From: a bacterium | GTDB lineage: Bacteria > Zhuqueibacterota > Zhuqueibacteria > Zhuqueibacterales > Zhuqueibacteraceae | Assembly (NCBI GenBank): GCA_044869275.1 | Contig: JBIOXB010000004.1 | Location: 1-53,727, forward strand | Length of the DNA stretch: 53,727 nucleotides | Direction of reading: 5' to 3' | Part shown: positions 19,720 through 29,301 of the stretch, in pieces | How positions within the stretch are numbered: position 1 is the first letter of the stretch | Layout: every line of letters begins with the position of its first letter | Made by a program: the position numbers and the translations under genes | Notes under the pieces: model-generated | Seen by the model: the letters and a program-made list of their open reading frames with translations, nothing else | Database searches by the model: none | What the model was told of the DNA's origin: nothing

Positions 19720-20670
19720 ATGAAGTATGCAAAGCTGATATGGCATGTGGCTCTGGCAATGGCGGTCATGTTGGCATGCGGAAAACGAGAAGACGCCGGC
19801 AAAATGCCCTCGGACAAGCCCGTGATCGGAGTTTCTTTATTGACGATGGCGAACCCCTTCTTTATAGAGATGGGCAATATGATCAGGGAGGAGGCCAATA
19901 AGCAGGGCTACGAGGTGATCATAACCGCGGGTGAGTTTGACCCCGCCCGGCAGCAAAATCAAATTTCCGATTTCATTGTCAAAAAGGTCGCCGCGATTTT
20001 GCTCTGTCCGGCGGATTCCAAAGCCATAGGCACTTCCATCGCCAAAGCGAATGAAGCTGGCATTCCGGTATTCACCGCTGATATTGCGTGCTTGGCGGAA
20101 GGCGCAAAAGTCGTGTCGCACATTGCCACGGATAATTATCAGGCCGGACGGCTGGCCGCGCAAGCCATGATCGAGGCCTTGCAACGAAACGGTAAAGTCG
20201 GTATTATCGGCCACCCTGAAGTCGAATCCGCCTTCATTCGTGTCAAGGGATTTGAAGAGGAAGTGAATGAGCAGAAAGAAAAAAGCGGCATTCACCTCGA
20301 GATCGTCGCCAAGCTGGCTGGAAGTGGCGTGAAGGACAAATCCTTTAAAGCGGCTGAGGACATGCTCCAGGCGCATCAGGATTTGGATGGTATCTTTGCC
20401 GTCAACGATCCCACCGCGTTGGGAGCCGTTGCGGCTATCGAGAAAGCCGGCAGGGCCGGCAAAATCAAAGTCGTCGGTATCGACGGCCAGCCGGAAGGTC
20501 TGCAAGCGATCAAAGAGGGCAAGATTTACGCCGATGTGATTCAACATCCAGATGAAATCGGCAGAAAGGCGGTTGAAACCATAGTGAAATACATGGCCGG
20601 CGAGCCGGTGGCGCCGGCGATTCTGATTGCGGCCAATATTTATCGCCTGCAAGATGCCATGACCCCGTAA
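19720..20670 (+). CDS. Sugar ABC transporter substrate-binding lipoprotein (RbsB-like)
   Basis: Lipobox LAC, NPFF, ANEAGIPVFTAD, IATDNYQAG, GIFAVNDPTALGA, VVGIDG. Confidence 0.92.
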   Translation: MKYAKLIWHVALAMAVMLACGKREDAGKMPSDKPVIGVSLLTMANPFFIEMGNMIREEANKQGYEVIITAGEFDPARQQNQISDFIVKKVAAILLCPADSKAIGTSIAKANEAGIPVFTADIACLAEGAKVVSHIATDNYQAGRLAAQAMIEALQRNGKVGIIGHPEVESAFIRVKGFEEEVNEQKEKSGIHLEIVAKLAGSGVKDKSFKAAEDMLQAHQDLDGIFAVNDPTALGAVAAIEKAGRAGKIKVVGIDGQPEGLQAIKEGKIYADVIQHPDEIGRKAVETIVKYMAGEPVAPAILIAANIYRLQDAMTP

Positions 20671-20778
20671 CGCAACATTCATGTTGCGCAAATGTTTCGA
20701 TCAACACAAGTGGCGCAATATTCATGTTGCGTGAGTATTTCGATCCACATAAGCGGCGCAACATTCATGTTGCGTCAC
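20667..20778. repeat. REP cluster upstream of RAYT (3 copies of CGCAACATTCATGTTGCG-type hairpin)
   Basis: Copies at 20671-20688, 20714-20731 and 20757-20774. Confidence 0.85.
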
Positions 20779-20797
20779 GCACTTTTTGGGGGAAAAA

Positions 20798-21472
20798 ATG
20801 TCTCAGAACGATCAAATCATTTACAAGCGCAATTTGCCTCATATCCACCCGAAGGACGCCATATTATTCATCACATTCCGGCTGGCAGAATCTCTGCCTG
20901 CCAACGTTTTGCGAAAACTGCAACAAGAAAGAGAAAATGAAATCGATCGACTCAGGAAGAGATATGGCGACAAGGAATTTGAAAGGGAAAAGTATAAGCT
21001 TGAAAAGCGTCACTTTGGCCGCCTCGATGAATGGCTTGACCGCGCTGCCACCGGGCCGCAATGGCTGAAAGAAGAACGCCTCGCTCGTATCGTCGCCGAC
21101 AAAATGCATGCACTCGATGGCAAGAACTACAAATTGATTGCCTACTGCATAATGTCGAATCACGTCCATTTATTGTTTGATACGAGCGGCTATGACCAAG
21201 TCTCCACGACGAACGTTGCCGGTAAGACTAAAAACTACCCTGTCGGTGATACCATGAGATTATTGAAAGGAAGCACATCGCGATTTTGCAGCCTGGAACT
21301 CAAACGCACCGGTGCATTCTGGCACAAGGAGAGCTATGATCATTTTGTGCGGGATGATGAAGAGTTGCATAGGATCATTGAGTATATCTTAAACAATCCC
21401 GTCAAAGCCGGGCTGGTAGAGAATTGCCAAGAATGGCAATTCAGTTATGTCAATGGAGACTTAGTCGGCTAA
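20798..21472 (+). mobile_element. REP-associated tyrosine transposase (RAYT, HUH/Y1 family)
   Basis: RNLPH, FITFRL, YCIMSNHVHLL (HUH), FWHKESYDHFVR, YILNNPVKAGL motifs; flanked on both sides by REP hairpins. Confidence 0.9.
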
Positions 21473-21477
21473 AAGCT

Positions 21478-21643
21478 GTGACATGACACATCATACTAAA
21501 TGATGTATTATGTCACAGCGCAAATCATCACTCAACATGAATGTTGAGTGACGTGCGTGGCGCATCATTTATGATGTGCGCTGCAGGCGGAGGCCCACCA
21601 TAAGGTTTGAACTTGGCCTTCACTCAACATAAATGTTGAGTGA
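21478..21643. repeat. REP-like palindrome cluster downstream of RAYT
   Basis: TCACTCAACATGAATGTTGAGTGA (21528-21551), GCGCATCATTTATGATGTGC (21560-21579), TCACTCAACATAAATGTTGAGTGA (21620-21643), plus a longer imperfect palindrome at 21478-21517. Confidence 0.8.
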
Positions 21644-21654
21644 CATTAAAAACC

Positions 21655-22983
21655 ATGATGAAGCCCTTGAGCGCTAGACTGCTACTCGCGCGGTTGTCTT
21701 CCGAATACAGCATGCTGGGCGCGCTGCTCTTGCTGTGCTCGTACTTTTCCTGGGCGACGCTGCAAGAACAACATCCCGAGGGTGAAGCTGCGGGCGAGAT
21801 CGTTGCACAAAATATTTCAAGCGCTTTGGCACAAAAATCCGGGGTCTTGGTGATTACCAAAACCACCGCAACAGATCTGGAATTTGTTACAAGCGTCCAA
21901 TCTCGACTGCGTGCAAAAGGCTTCAACATTATCGGCGTGGTGCAAGGCGATCCCGCGGCCGTACGCCAATCATTTCAAGCTCTTGCCATTTCCCATGTGC
22001 GAGTTGACGCGATTGCCACGACTAAGGATTACCGGCACACGATTAATCAGATCAAAGCGGATTTTGTGGAATTTTTCACTGCAAAAGTGATGATCGCCGA
22101 TGGTTACATGTGGCCGACTTTTTTGTTGCAGGAAAACTTGCTCAACGTTGTCAATCAAATCGCGGTGATTGCGATCGTTGCCATCGGGATGACGATGGTG
22201 ATTATCACGGGCGGGATTGACCTTTCCGTCGGCAGTGTGATCGCCCTGTCGGCGGTGGTGGCGACCAGCCTCATTGCGCAAATGGGCGGCGCGAATGCCG
22301 GGGCGGCGGTGCTGCTCGGGGCTTCGGCCATTGCCGTCATGGTCTGTGGTTTGATGGGTGTGATGTCCGGCTTCATGATCACAAGATTTAATATCCCGCC
22401 TTTTATTGCAACGCTTGGCTGGATGCTCGTCGCCAGCGGCCTGGCTTACTTCATTGCGGCCGGCGAATCGATTTACGATATTCCCAATTCCTTCGTCTGG
22501 CTGGGCCGAGGCGCGGACTTTTTTTCCATTCCGAACGCGGTGGTGTTGATGTTGCTTCTTTATCTGGCGGCCTCCTTCCTCATGTCACGAACCGTTTTAG
22601 GGCGATACATCTACGCCGTCGGTGGCAACGCGGAAGCCGCGCGTCTTTCAGGAATTCGCACCCAACGAATTGTGCTGTTGGTCTATACAGTTTCCGGCTT
22701 GATGGCGGGCTTGGGAGGAATCATCCTGGCCTCGCAGCTTAAAAGTGGCGCGCCGACCTATGGACTTCTCTATGAATTGTATGTCATCGCCGCGGTCGTG
22801 GTCGGCGGCGCCAGCCTCGCCGGCGGCGAAGGCAAGATGATGGGAACATTGCTTGGCGCTCTGATGATCGGCGTGATCCAAAACGGCATGAACCTGACCG
22901 GCGTGGAAAGTTACGCACAGAAAGTGATTTTGGGTTTGGTCATTCTCGGCGCGGTCTTGCTGGACAAGAGGCGAAGCAAATGA
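21655..22983 (+). CDS. Sugar ABC transporter permease (RbsC-like) with an extra N-terminal soluble domain
   Basis: GMTMVIITGGIDLSVGS, IPPFIATLG, YAVGGNAEAARLSGI, IAAVVVGGASLAGGEG motifs. Confidence 0.9.
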   Translation: MMKPLSARLLLARLSSEYSMLGALLLLCSYFSWATLQEQHPEGEAAGEIVAQNISSALAQKSGVLVITKTTATDLEFVTSVQSRLRAKGFNIIGVVQGDPAAVRQSFQALAISHVRVDAIATTKDYRHTINQIKADFVEFFTAKVMIADGYMWPTFLLQENLLNVVNQIAVIAIVAIGMTMVIITGGIDLSVGSVIALSAVVATSLIAQMGGANAGAAVLLGASAIAVMVCGLMGVMSGFMITRFNIPPFIATLGWMLVASGLAYFIAAGESIYDIPNSFVWLGRGADFFSIPNAVVLMLLLYLAASFLMSRTVLGRYIYAVGGNAEAARLSGIRTQRIVLLVYTVSGLMAGLGGIILASQLKSGAPTYGLLYELYVIAAVVVGGASLAGGEGKMMGTLLGALMIGVIQNGMNLTGVESYAQKVILGLVILGAVLLDKRRSK

Positions 22984-23038
22984 TCAAGCCGGCAGAGCAC
23001 AAAACCTCATGGCAAATTCAGCCAACAACTAACCGGAG

Positions 23039-24487
23039 ATGGTTATGATACATTCATGCAAACTGGCAATTCTCGGTATTACAGTCCTGCAACTGAATTG
23101 CACCTCGCACAACCGGATTTCCCTGTTTGACGGCAAGACCTTGAATGGTTGGGAGCCTTCGGAAAATAAGGGCTCATGGCAAGTCGAAGACGGCGCGCTG
23201 GTCAGCAGGGGGCCACGGTCGCATCTCTTTTATGTCGGCAGCGTCCGCGAGCATAACTTCAAAAACTTTGAGCTGAGCGCAGAGGTTAAAACCACGCCCG
23301 GCTCGAATTCCGGCATCTATTTTCACACCCAGTATCAGGAAAGCGGGTGGCCGGCGCAAGGTTACGAATGCCAGGTCATCAACTCTACTGCCGCTACCGC
23401 GCCTGGCGACTATATCGAGAAGAAGATGACCGGAAGTTTGTACGCCATTCGCAACGTGTGGAAGGCGCCAGTGCGGGATAACGAATGGTTCACTTATCGC
23501 ATCGTGGTGCAGGGGAAAACGATTCGAACGTACCTCAACGACGAGTTAATGATCGATTATACCGAGCCTGAGAACCCGTATCGACCGGAAGACAAGAAAG
23601 GCCGTCTGCTTGCTTCCGGCACTTTTGCGCTGCAATGCCATGATCCCAGTAGCATCGTGTATTACAAGAATATCAAGGTCAAACCTTTGCCAGACGACCT
23701 GCCCACACCCGGCGCGCCCATCGCTGACACGGATCTCGATCGCAAGCTGACGCAACTTGCCAATGACAATTTCCCGCTCATGGATTTACACGTGCATTTG
23801 AAGAACGGATTGACCATGGCGCCGGCTTTGGCCAATGCGCGGAAATACGGCTTTACCTACGGCCTCGCGGTTAATTGCGGCTTACAAATGGGATTTGAAA
23901 CGAATGCCGCGCTGGAGGAATATATCGCCAACTACAAAAAACCACCACAGACATTTTTCGCCATGCAGGCCGAAGGGCGCGAGTGGCTGGGCTTGTTTTC
24001 GAAGGAGAACATCGCGAAGTTTGATTACGTGTTCACGGATGCCATGACTTGGACCAACGATAACGGCAAACGCATGCGGCTGTGGATTAAGGAAGAAACT
24101 GAAATCGGTGACCCGCAGAATTTCATGGATCAGCTCGTTGACCGCACGGTAAGAATTATCAGCGACGAGCCGATCGATATCTATGTCAATGCAAGCTACA
24201 TTCCGGACGAGCTCAACGACAAGTACGATGAACTGTGGACGCCGGAGCGCATGGATCGCGTGATCAGAGCTTTGGTAGACCATAAGGTCGCGATGGAAAT
24301 TAACGACCGCCGCAAAATTCCCAGCGCGGCCTTCATCAAACGCGCCAAAGCCGGCGGCGTCAAATTCACCTTCGGCACCAACAACGCCGGCGCGGATGAT
24401 TTGGGCAATTTGTCCTATTGTATTGCGATGGCGGAGGAATGCGGCATGACGGACGCTGACATGTGGAGCCCGGAGGGGAAGAAATAG
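23039..24487 (+). CDS. DUF1080 (3-keto-glycoside hydrolase-like) domain fused to a PHP-like domain
   Basis: LFDGKTLNGW, NSGIYFH, GYECQV, FALQCHD in the N-half; DLHVHLK and FTFGTNN in the C-half. Confidence 0.8.
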   Translation: MVMIHSCKLAILGITVLQLNCTSHNRISLFDGKTLNGWEPSENKGSWQVEDGALVSRGPRSHLFYVGSVREHNFKNFELSAEVKTTPGSNSGIYFHTQYQESGWPAQGYECQVINSTAATAPGDYIEKKMTGSLYAIRNVWKAPVRDNEWFTYRIVVQGKTIRTYLNDELMIDYTEPENPYRPEDKKGRLLASGTFALQCHDPSSIVYYKNIKVKPLPDDLPTPGAPIADTDLDRKLTQLANDNFPLMDLHVHLKNGLTMAPALANARKYGFTYGLAVNCGLQMGFETNAALEEYIANYKKPPQTFFAMQAEGREWLGLFSKENIAKFDYVFTDAMTWTNDNGKRMRLWIKEETEIGDPQNFMDQLVDRTVRIISDEPIDIYVNASYIPDELNDKYDELWTPERMDRVIRALVDHKVAMEINDRRKIPSAAFIKRAKAGGVKFTFGTNNAGADDLGNLSYCIAMAEECGMTDADMWSPEGKK

Positions 24488-24550
24488 GATGCAATCGGAA
24501 TTCTCTCAGCTTCTGTGAACCAACCGCCTCAATGGCCCGGAGGAAGGAAG

Positions 24551-25258
24551 ATGACGCCTTTTATCGGCGAGTTGATTGGCACGGCCTTGCTCATTCTGCT
24601 GGGCAATGGCGTGGTTGCCAATGTGGTTTTGAAGGATACCAAAGGAAACAACAGCGGCTGGATCGTGATCACTTTAGGATGGGCGATGGCGGTTTTTGTC
24701 GGTGTCTTTGCCGTTGCCGGCGTGAGTGGCGCCCACCTCAACCCGGCTGTGACTTTGGCGCTGGCCATCACCGGAAAATTTGCCTGGGAGAACGTGTCTG
24801 ACTACGTCCTCGCACAAATGCTGGGCGGCGCGCTCGGGGCGTTTCTGGTGTGGCTGCAATACAAACCCCACTTTGACCTCAGCGACAATCGCGACTTAAA
24901 GCTCGCGGTGTTTTGCACCCGGCCGCAAATTCGCACGACCTTGTTCAATCTTGTTTCCGAAGTGATTGGCACGTTCGTGTTGGTATTCGGAGTTTTGCTG
25001 ATGGCTTCGCCTGATTCCGGTTTGGGCGCCATCAGCGCGCTGCCGGTCGCTCTGCTGGTCCTCGCCATCGGCTTGTCACTTGGCGGCACCACAGGTTATG
25101 CCATTAATCCGGCGCGCGACCTCGCCCCTCGCTTCATGCATTTTCTTCTACCCATCCCCAACAAACGTGACAGCGATTGGAGCTATGCCTGGATCGCGGT
25201 AGTTGGGCCGCTCATGGGTGGAGTCGTCGCTGCCCTGGTCTATATCATTCTAAAATAG
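24551..25258 (+). CDS. glpF: MIP family glycerol uptake facilitator
   Basis: SGAHLNPAVT and GYAINPARD motifs (the Asp after the second NPAR indicates an aquaglyceroporin). Confidence 0.88.
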   Translation: MTPFIGELIGTALLILLGNGVVANVVLKDTKGNNSGWIVITLGWAMAVFVGVFAVAGVSGAHLNPAVTLALAITGKFAWENVSDYVLAQMLGGALGAFLVWLQYKPHFDLSDNRDLKLAVFCTRPQIRTTLFNLVSEVIGTFVLVFGVLLMASPDSGLGAISALPVALLVLAIGLSLGGTTGYAINPARDLAPRFMHFLLPIPNKRDSDWSYAWIAVVGPLMGGVVAALVYIILK

Positions 25259-25277
25259 AAGCCCAGACATGATTACG

Positions 25278-26096
25278 TCATTGGTATCGTGTTTCTGCTT
25301 GCTGCGGCGCATATTTCCGCAGACTCTTGAGCACGGCGTTGAAATCTTTGGGAAGGGGCGCGTGAAGGGTCAATTGCTCCCGGCGCAGGGGATGGGTAAA
25401 GTGCAAAGAGCAGGCGTGCAAAGCCAAACGCCGCAGCAAAGGCTGCTCGCTAGCTTCCTGCCCAACGCGGTAGTTTGCTTTGATCGCCGAAAGAAAAAAC
25501 GCTTCCGTCCTCGCATATAACGGATCAACCACGAGCGGATGCCCGAGGGCTTGCAAATGCACGCGAATTTGATGTTGCCTGCCCGTGTGCGGGCGGGCTT
25601 CCAGCAGGGTGAAATGGTGAAAGCGTTCGACGACGCGTATCATCGTGGAAGCGGTCTTGCCACGTTCCTGCACAATCGTCATTCCCGGTTTTTTGGGATG
25701 TGGGGCCAGCGGAATTTGTATCATTTGCTCCTCCGCGGCAACCTCGCCCTGCACGATGGCCAGATAAATTTTTTCCACCCGGCGCTGCGTGAACTGCTCG
25801 CACAAGTCGCGATGTGCTTCCGCCGTTTTGGCGAACAACACCGCGCCGCTGGTGCCGGCATCCAGGCGGTGCACCACCCAAATTCTCGCGCCCTGCTGCT
25901 CCGCCGCAACGCTTTTCAGGCACGGCCAGTCCGCATGCCAGCGCTCGGGAATCACCGGCAAGCCCGCCGGCTTGTTCAGTCCGAGCAGGGCATCATCTTC
26001 GTACAAAATGGGAATGTGCCACTTTTTCTGGCGGCCGTGATCATACACCCGCCATTCCGGTGAAGGTTGCTTGTCGTCTGCTTGAGGCAAGGCCAT
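25278..26096 (-). CDS. RluA family pseudouridine synthase
   Basis: NKPAGL, VHRLDAGTSG, TGRQHQIRVH, DPLY, LALHA motifs. Confidence 0.92.
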   Translation of the reverse strand: MALPQADDKQPSPEWRVYDHGRQKKWHIPILYEDDALLGLNKPAGLPVIPERWHADWPCLKSVAAEQQGARIWVVHRLDAGTSGAVLFAKTAEAHRDLCEQFTQRRVEKIYLAIVQGEVAAEEQMIQIPLAPHPKKPGMTIVQERGKTASTMIRVVERFHHFTLLEARPHTGRQHQIRVHLQALGHPLVVDPLYARTEAFFLSAIKANYRVGQEASEQPLLRRLALHACSLHFTHPLRREQLTLHAPLPKDFNAVLKSLRKYAPQQAETRYQ

Positions 26097-26105
26097 GAAA
26101 GGGGA

Positions 26106-27248
26106 TTACAGCGGCCGGTCATACATACGGTAGCGCTTGTAAATTTTCGCGCCGAGCAAACTCATGCCGCGATTGATCAAGTTATTGTTTTCCAGGGTCC
26201 ACGAAAATTCGCCAGAGTCGAAGCCGGCGGCCACGGGGCGGCGGAAGGTCTCCATGTACAACGCTGCCCCAATGCCACTGATGGTTTGCAGTCGGCGCAC
26301 GACGCCAAGCGTGAGCACACGCACGCTATGAATTTTTCGCGCATGATACATGACTTTGAAAATACCGAAAGGCAGCAAGCGGCCATTGATCTTTTTGAGC
26401 GCGCGGTTCAAATCCGGCAAAGAGAGTGAAAATCCCACCGGCTCTCCCTCCTTTTCAACGATCATCACCAGGCGCGGATCGACCACCGGCTTCAAATCCT
26501 TCGCCAGAAAGTGGAATTCTTCATCGGTCATGGGCACAAACCCCCAATTGTTGCTCCAGGCATCGTTGTAAATGCGCTTCACCAGCTCGACTTCTCCCCA
26601 AAAGTTATTCAAATCAATATTGCGAAGCACGATGCCATGTTCTTGCAATACTCTTTCGCCCACGCGCTTGATCTTGGGGTTTATGCCCACGTCACTGTGC
26701 ATCCACCAGGCATACAGATCCATGGCCTTGGTGAAGCCTTCGCCTGCGATCAAATCCAGGTAATAGCGCGGGTTGTATGTCATCATGATCGCCGGGCTGG
26801 CGTCGAAGCCTTCCACCAGCATGCCGCAGGTATCATTGGTGGAATAATTCGCCGGGCCGCGCAGGAGGCTCATGCCCCGCGCGCGCGCCCAGTTTGCGGC
26901 GGTCTCAAATAATTCATGTGCCACCGCGGCATCATTCACACATTCAAAGAAACCGAAGAATGCGGTTTTTTCGCGGTGAAACTTATTGTGGTTGTTGTTG
27001 AGAATGGCGGCGATGCGTCCCACGTATTCCCCGTTGCGCCGGGCGAGAAAAAAATCAGCGGTGGAATGCAGAAAAAAGGGGTGTTTATTCTTGTCCAGCA
27101 GCTTTTTCTGATCCAGGATCAGAGGCGGAACCCAGTACGGGTCGCCGCGATAAATTTTCCATGGCAGCCGAATGAACTCGCGCAGTGTCTTGGCACCGTT
27201 GACCGGAATGATTTCCACGAGCGGCAAAGAACACTCCCTCACACTCAA
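26106..27248 (-). CDS. GNAT-fold acyltransferase, putative bacterial ceramide synthase (bCerS-like)
   Basis: FIRLPWKIY..DPYWVPPL, GRIAAI.N..HN, FFGFFEC, YN.RYY, NWGFVP, EFSWTLENN; immediately downstream of spt. Confidence 0.7.
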   Translation of the reverse strand: MSVRECSLPLVEIIPVNGAKTLREFIRLPWKIYRGDPYWVPPLILDQKKLLDKNKHPFFLHSTADFFLARRNGEYVGRIAAILNNNHNKFHREKTAFFGFFECVNDAAVAHELFETAANWARARGMSLLRGPANYSTNDTCGMLVEGFDASPAIMMTYNPRYYLDLIAGEGFTKAMDLYAWWMHSDVGINPKIKRVGERVLQEHGIVLRNIDLNNFWGEVELVKRIYNDAWSNNWGFVPMTDEEFHFLAKDLKPVVDPRLVMIVEKEGEPVGFSLSLPDLNRALKKINGRLLPFGIFKVMYHARKIHSVRVLTLGVVRRLQTISGIGAALYMETFRRPVAAGFDSGEFSWTLENNNLINRGMSLLGAKIYKRYRMYDRPL

Positions 27249-27307
27249 TCACAAATCAGATATTTTCGAACTAACCCGTAAAGCGCGTAATTTGCCAACT
27301 TCCCTTT

Positions 27308-28489
27308 TCAAATCAATCCCAATTGCCTGCCGATGCGCGCAAACGCGTCGACGACTTGATCCAGAATCTCATCGGTGTGCGTCGCCATGTAGCTGGTGCG
27401 GATCAAACCATGCCCGTGCGGCACCGCCGGAGAGATCACGGGATTGGTGAAAACGCCGTTCTCGAAGAGCATGCGCCAGAATTCGAAAGTTTGCATGTCT
27501 TCACCGATGTGGATCGGGATGATGGGCGATTGCGTGCCGCCGGTGTTGAAGCCGAGATCGTCGAACGCCTTTTTCATTTTGCGCACATTGCGCCAGAGCA
27601 TTTCGATGCGCTCCGGCTCCTTTTCGAGAATGTCAACCGCGGCAATCACGGCTGCCGTGGCGGCAGGCGGCATGCTGGCGGAGAAAATCAAGGAGCGCGC
27701 GTGGTGCTTGATGTAATCGATGACGTAGTGGTCTCCCACCACGAAGCCGCCGATGGAGGCAAAAGACTTGCTAAAAGTGCCGACCACCAAATCGACTTTG
27801 TCCTCCATGCCGAAATGCTCGCCCGTGCCGCGGCCGTGCCGGCCCAACACGCCGATGGAATGTGCGTCGTCGATGATGATGCGGGCGCCGTATTTCGCCG
27901 CCAGCTCGGCCATTTCCGGCAGTTTGGCAATGTCGCCTTCCATGCTGAACACGCCGTCCGCAATGATCACTTTTCCGGGGGCATCTTGATGCTTGGCCAG
28001 CAGGCGATCGAGATGTCTCATGTCATTGTGGCGATAACGCACGGTATCGCCGTAAGCGAGGCGGCAGCCATCCACAATGCTGGCGTGATTGGCGCGATCG
28101 GTGAAAATGATTTCGTCTTTGCCGACCAGTGTCGCGATCACCCCGAGATTGGTTTGAAAACCGGTGGAGAAAACCAGGGCGGCCTCGCGCTTCATGAAAC
28201 TCGCCAGGCGATGCTCCAGTTCTTCGTGCAATTCGAGTGTGCCGTTGAGAAAGCGCGAGCCCGTACAACCTGAGCCGAATTTTTCAATGGCTCGAATGGC
28301 CGCTTCTTTGACGCGCGCATCTTGTGTCAGGCCCAGATAATTGTTCGAGCCGGCCATGATCATCTTTTGGCCCTTGATCATGACCTCAATATCGGCTCCG
28401 GATTCTATGGCTTTGAAATAAGGATACCAGCCCTCTTCGATTGCTTGCTGTGCGCGGGTAAAACTACGGCACTTTTGGAAGAGATCCAA
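27308..28489 (-). CDS. spt: Serine palmitoyltransferase-like alpha-oxoamine synthase (PLP-dependent)
   Basis: GSNNYLGL, GSRFLNGT, NHASIVDG, DGVFSMEGD, DDAH, GTFSKS (PLP Lys). TTG start after GGAGG (GTG at 28504 is an alternative). BioF/Kbl is not excluded by motifs alone. Confidence 0.75.
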   Translation of the reverse strand: MDLFQKCRSFTRAQQAIEEGWYPYFKAIESGADIEVMIKGQKMIMAGSNNYLGLTQDARVKEAAIRAIEKFGSGCTGSRFLNGTLELHEELEHRLASFMKREAALVFSTGFQTNLGVIATLVGKDEIIFTDRANHASIVDGCRLAYGDTVRYRHNDMRHLDRLLAKHQDAPGKVIIADGVFSMEGDIAKLPEMAELAAKYGARIIIDDAHSIGVLGRHGRGTGEHFGMEDKVDLVVGTFSKSFASIGGFVVGDHYVIDYIKHHARSLIFSASMPPAATAAVIAAVDILEKEPERIEMLWRNVRKMKKAFDDLGFNTGGTQSPIIPIHIGEDMQTFEFWRMLFENGVFTNPVISPAVPHGHGLIRTSYMATHTDEILDQVVDAFARIGRQLGLI

Positions 28490-28743
28490 ATTGACCTCCC
28501 TCACGTGAGCATCTGTTCAACGCGTTGTTTTTGGCTCCTTGAAAATGTGCGTTCCTGGAATTAAAACTCAATATAATGTTCCACCATACGCAAATCAAGC
28601 TGAAAAATGGCACGGTTCGACGACCTGGACAAAGTGGTTGTTTTAAAAGGAATTCACATTATTTTTCAAAAAAACCTTTCAACCTTTTCACGCCAAGGCG
28701 GTATTCTAGAGTAGAAACCCATCAGCGATGAGGAAGGAAGTTC

Positions 28744-29301
28744 GTGCACGATCCTGCGGATAATGAGATCATGATGCGCGTGCGGGACGGTGAGGTGGCG
28801 CAGCTCGGCCTTTTGTTCGAGCGGCATCAAGTGATGCTGTATAATTATTTCCTGCGGCAATGCGGCAACCGCGAAGCCAGCCAGGATATGGTGCAGGAAG
28901 TGTTCTTACGCATCTTGCGCTACCGCCATACGTTCCGCGGTGAAAGTAAATTCACGGTGTGGATGTACAGCATCGCGCGCAACGCCTGCGCCGATCATTT
29001 TCGCAAATCGAAAAGAGAAATGCCGGTGGCGAGCGAGGCTTTCGATGCTTCCAGCGACGACCCGCTGCCGCAAGAGGTCATGGAACAGGACCAACAAGCC
29101 ATGCTGTTGCGGCGCGCGCTGGGCCAATTGTCGTCCGAAAAACGCGAAGTGTTGCTGTTGAGCCGCTTCCAAAATCTAAAGTATGAAGAAATCGCCGAAA
29201 TTCTGCATTGTCCCGTGGGCACGATTAAAGCCCGCGTGCATTGGGCGATCAAAGACTTGAGAAAGAACTTCGAGCAATTATCTGGTGACACGGAACCATG
29301 A
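28744..29301 (+). CDS. ECF RNA polymerase sigma factor
   Basis: DMVQEVFLRI, FTVWMYSIARN, YEEIAEILHCPVGTIKARVH. Confidence 0.93.
   Translation: MHDPADNEIMMRVRDGEVAQLGLLFERHQVMLYNYFLRQCGNREASQDMVQEVFLRILRYRHTFRGESKFTVWMYSIARNACADHFRKSKREMPVASEAFDASSDDPLPQEVMEQDQQAMLLRRALGQLSSEKREVLLLSRFQNLKYEEIAEILHCPVGTIKARVHWAIKDLRKNFEQLSGDTEP

Noticed and set aside
20667..20778. Three spaced palindromic repeats as a mini-CRISPR array
   Set aside because: The repeats are only 18-22 bp, the two spacers resemble each other (TTTCGATC.ACA), copies are dispersed elsewhere, and the neighbour is a RAYT rather than cas genes.
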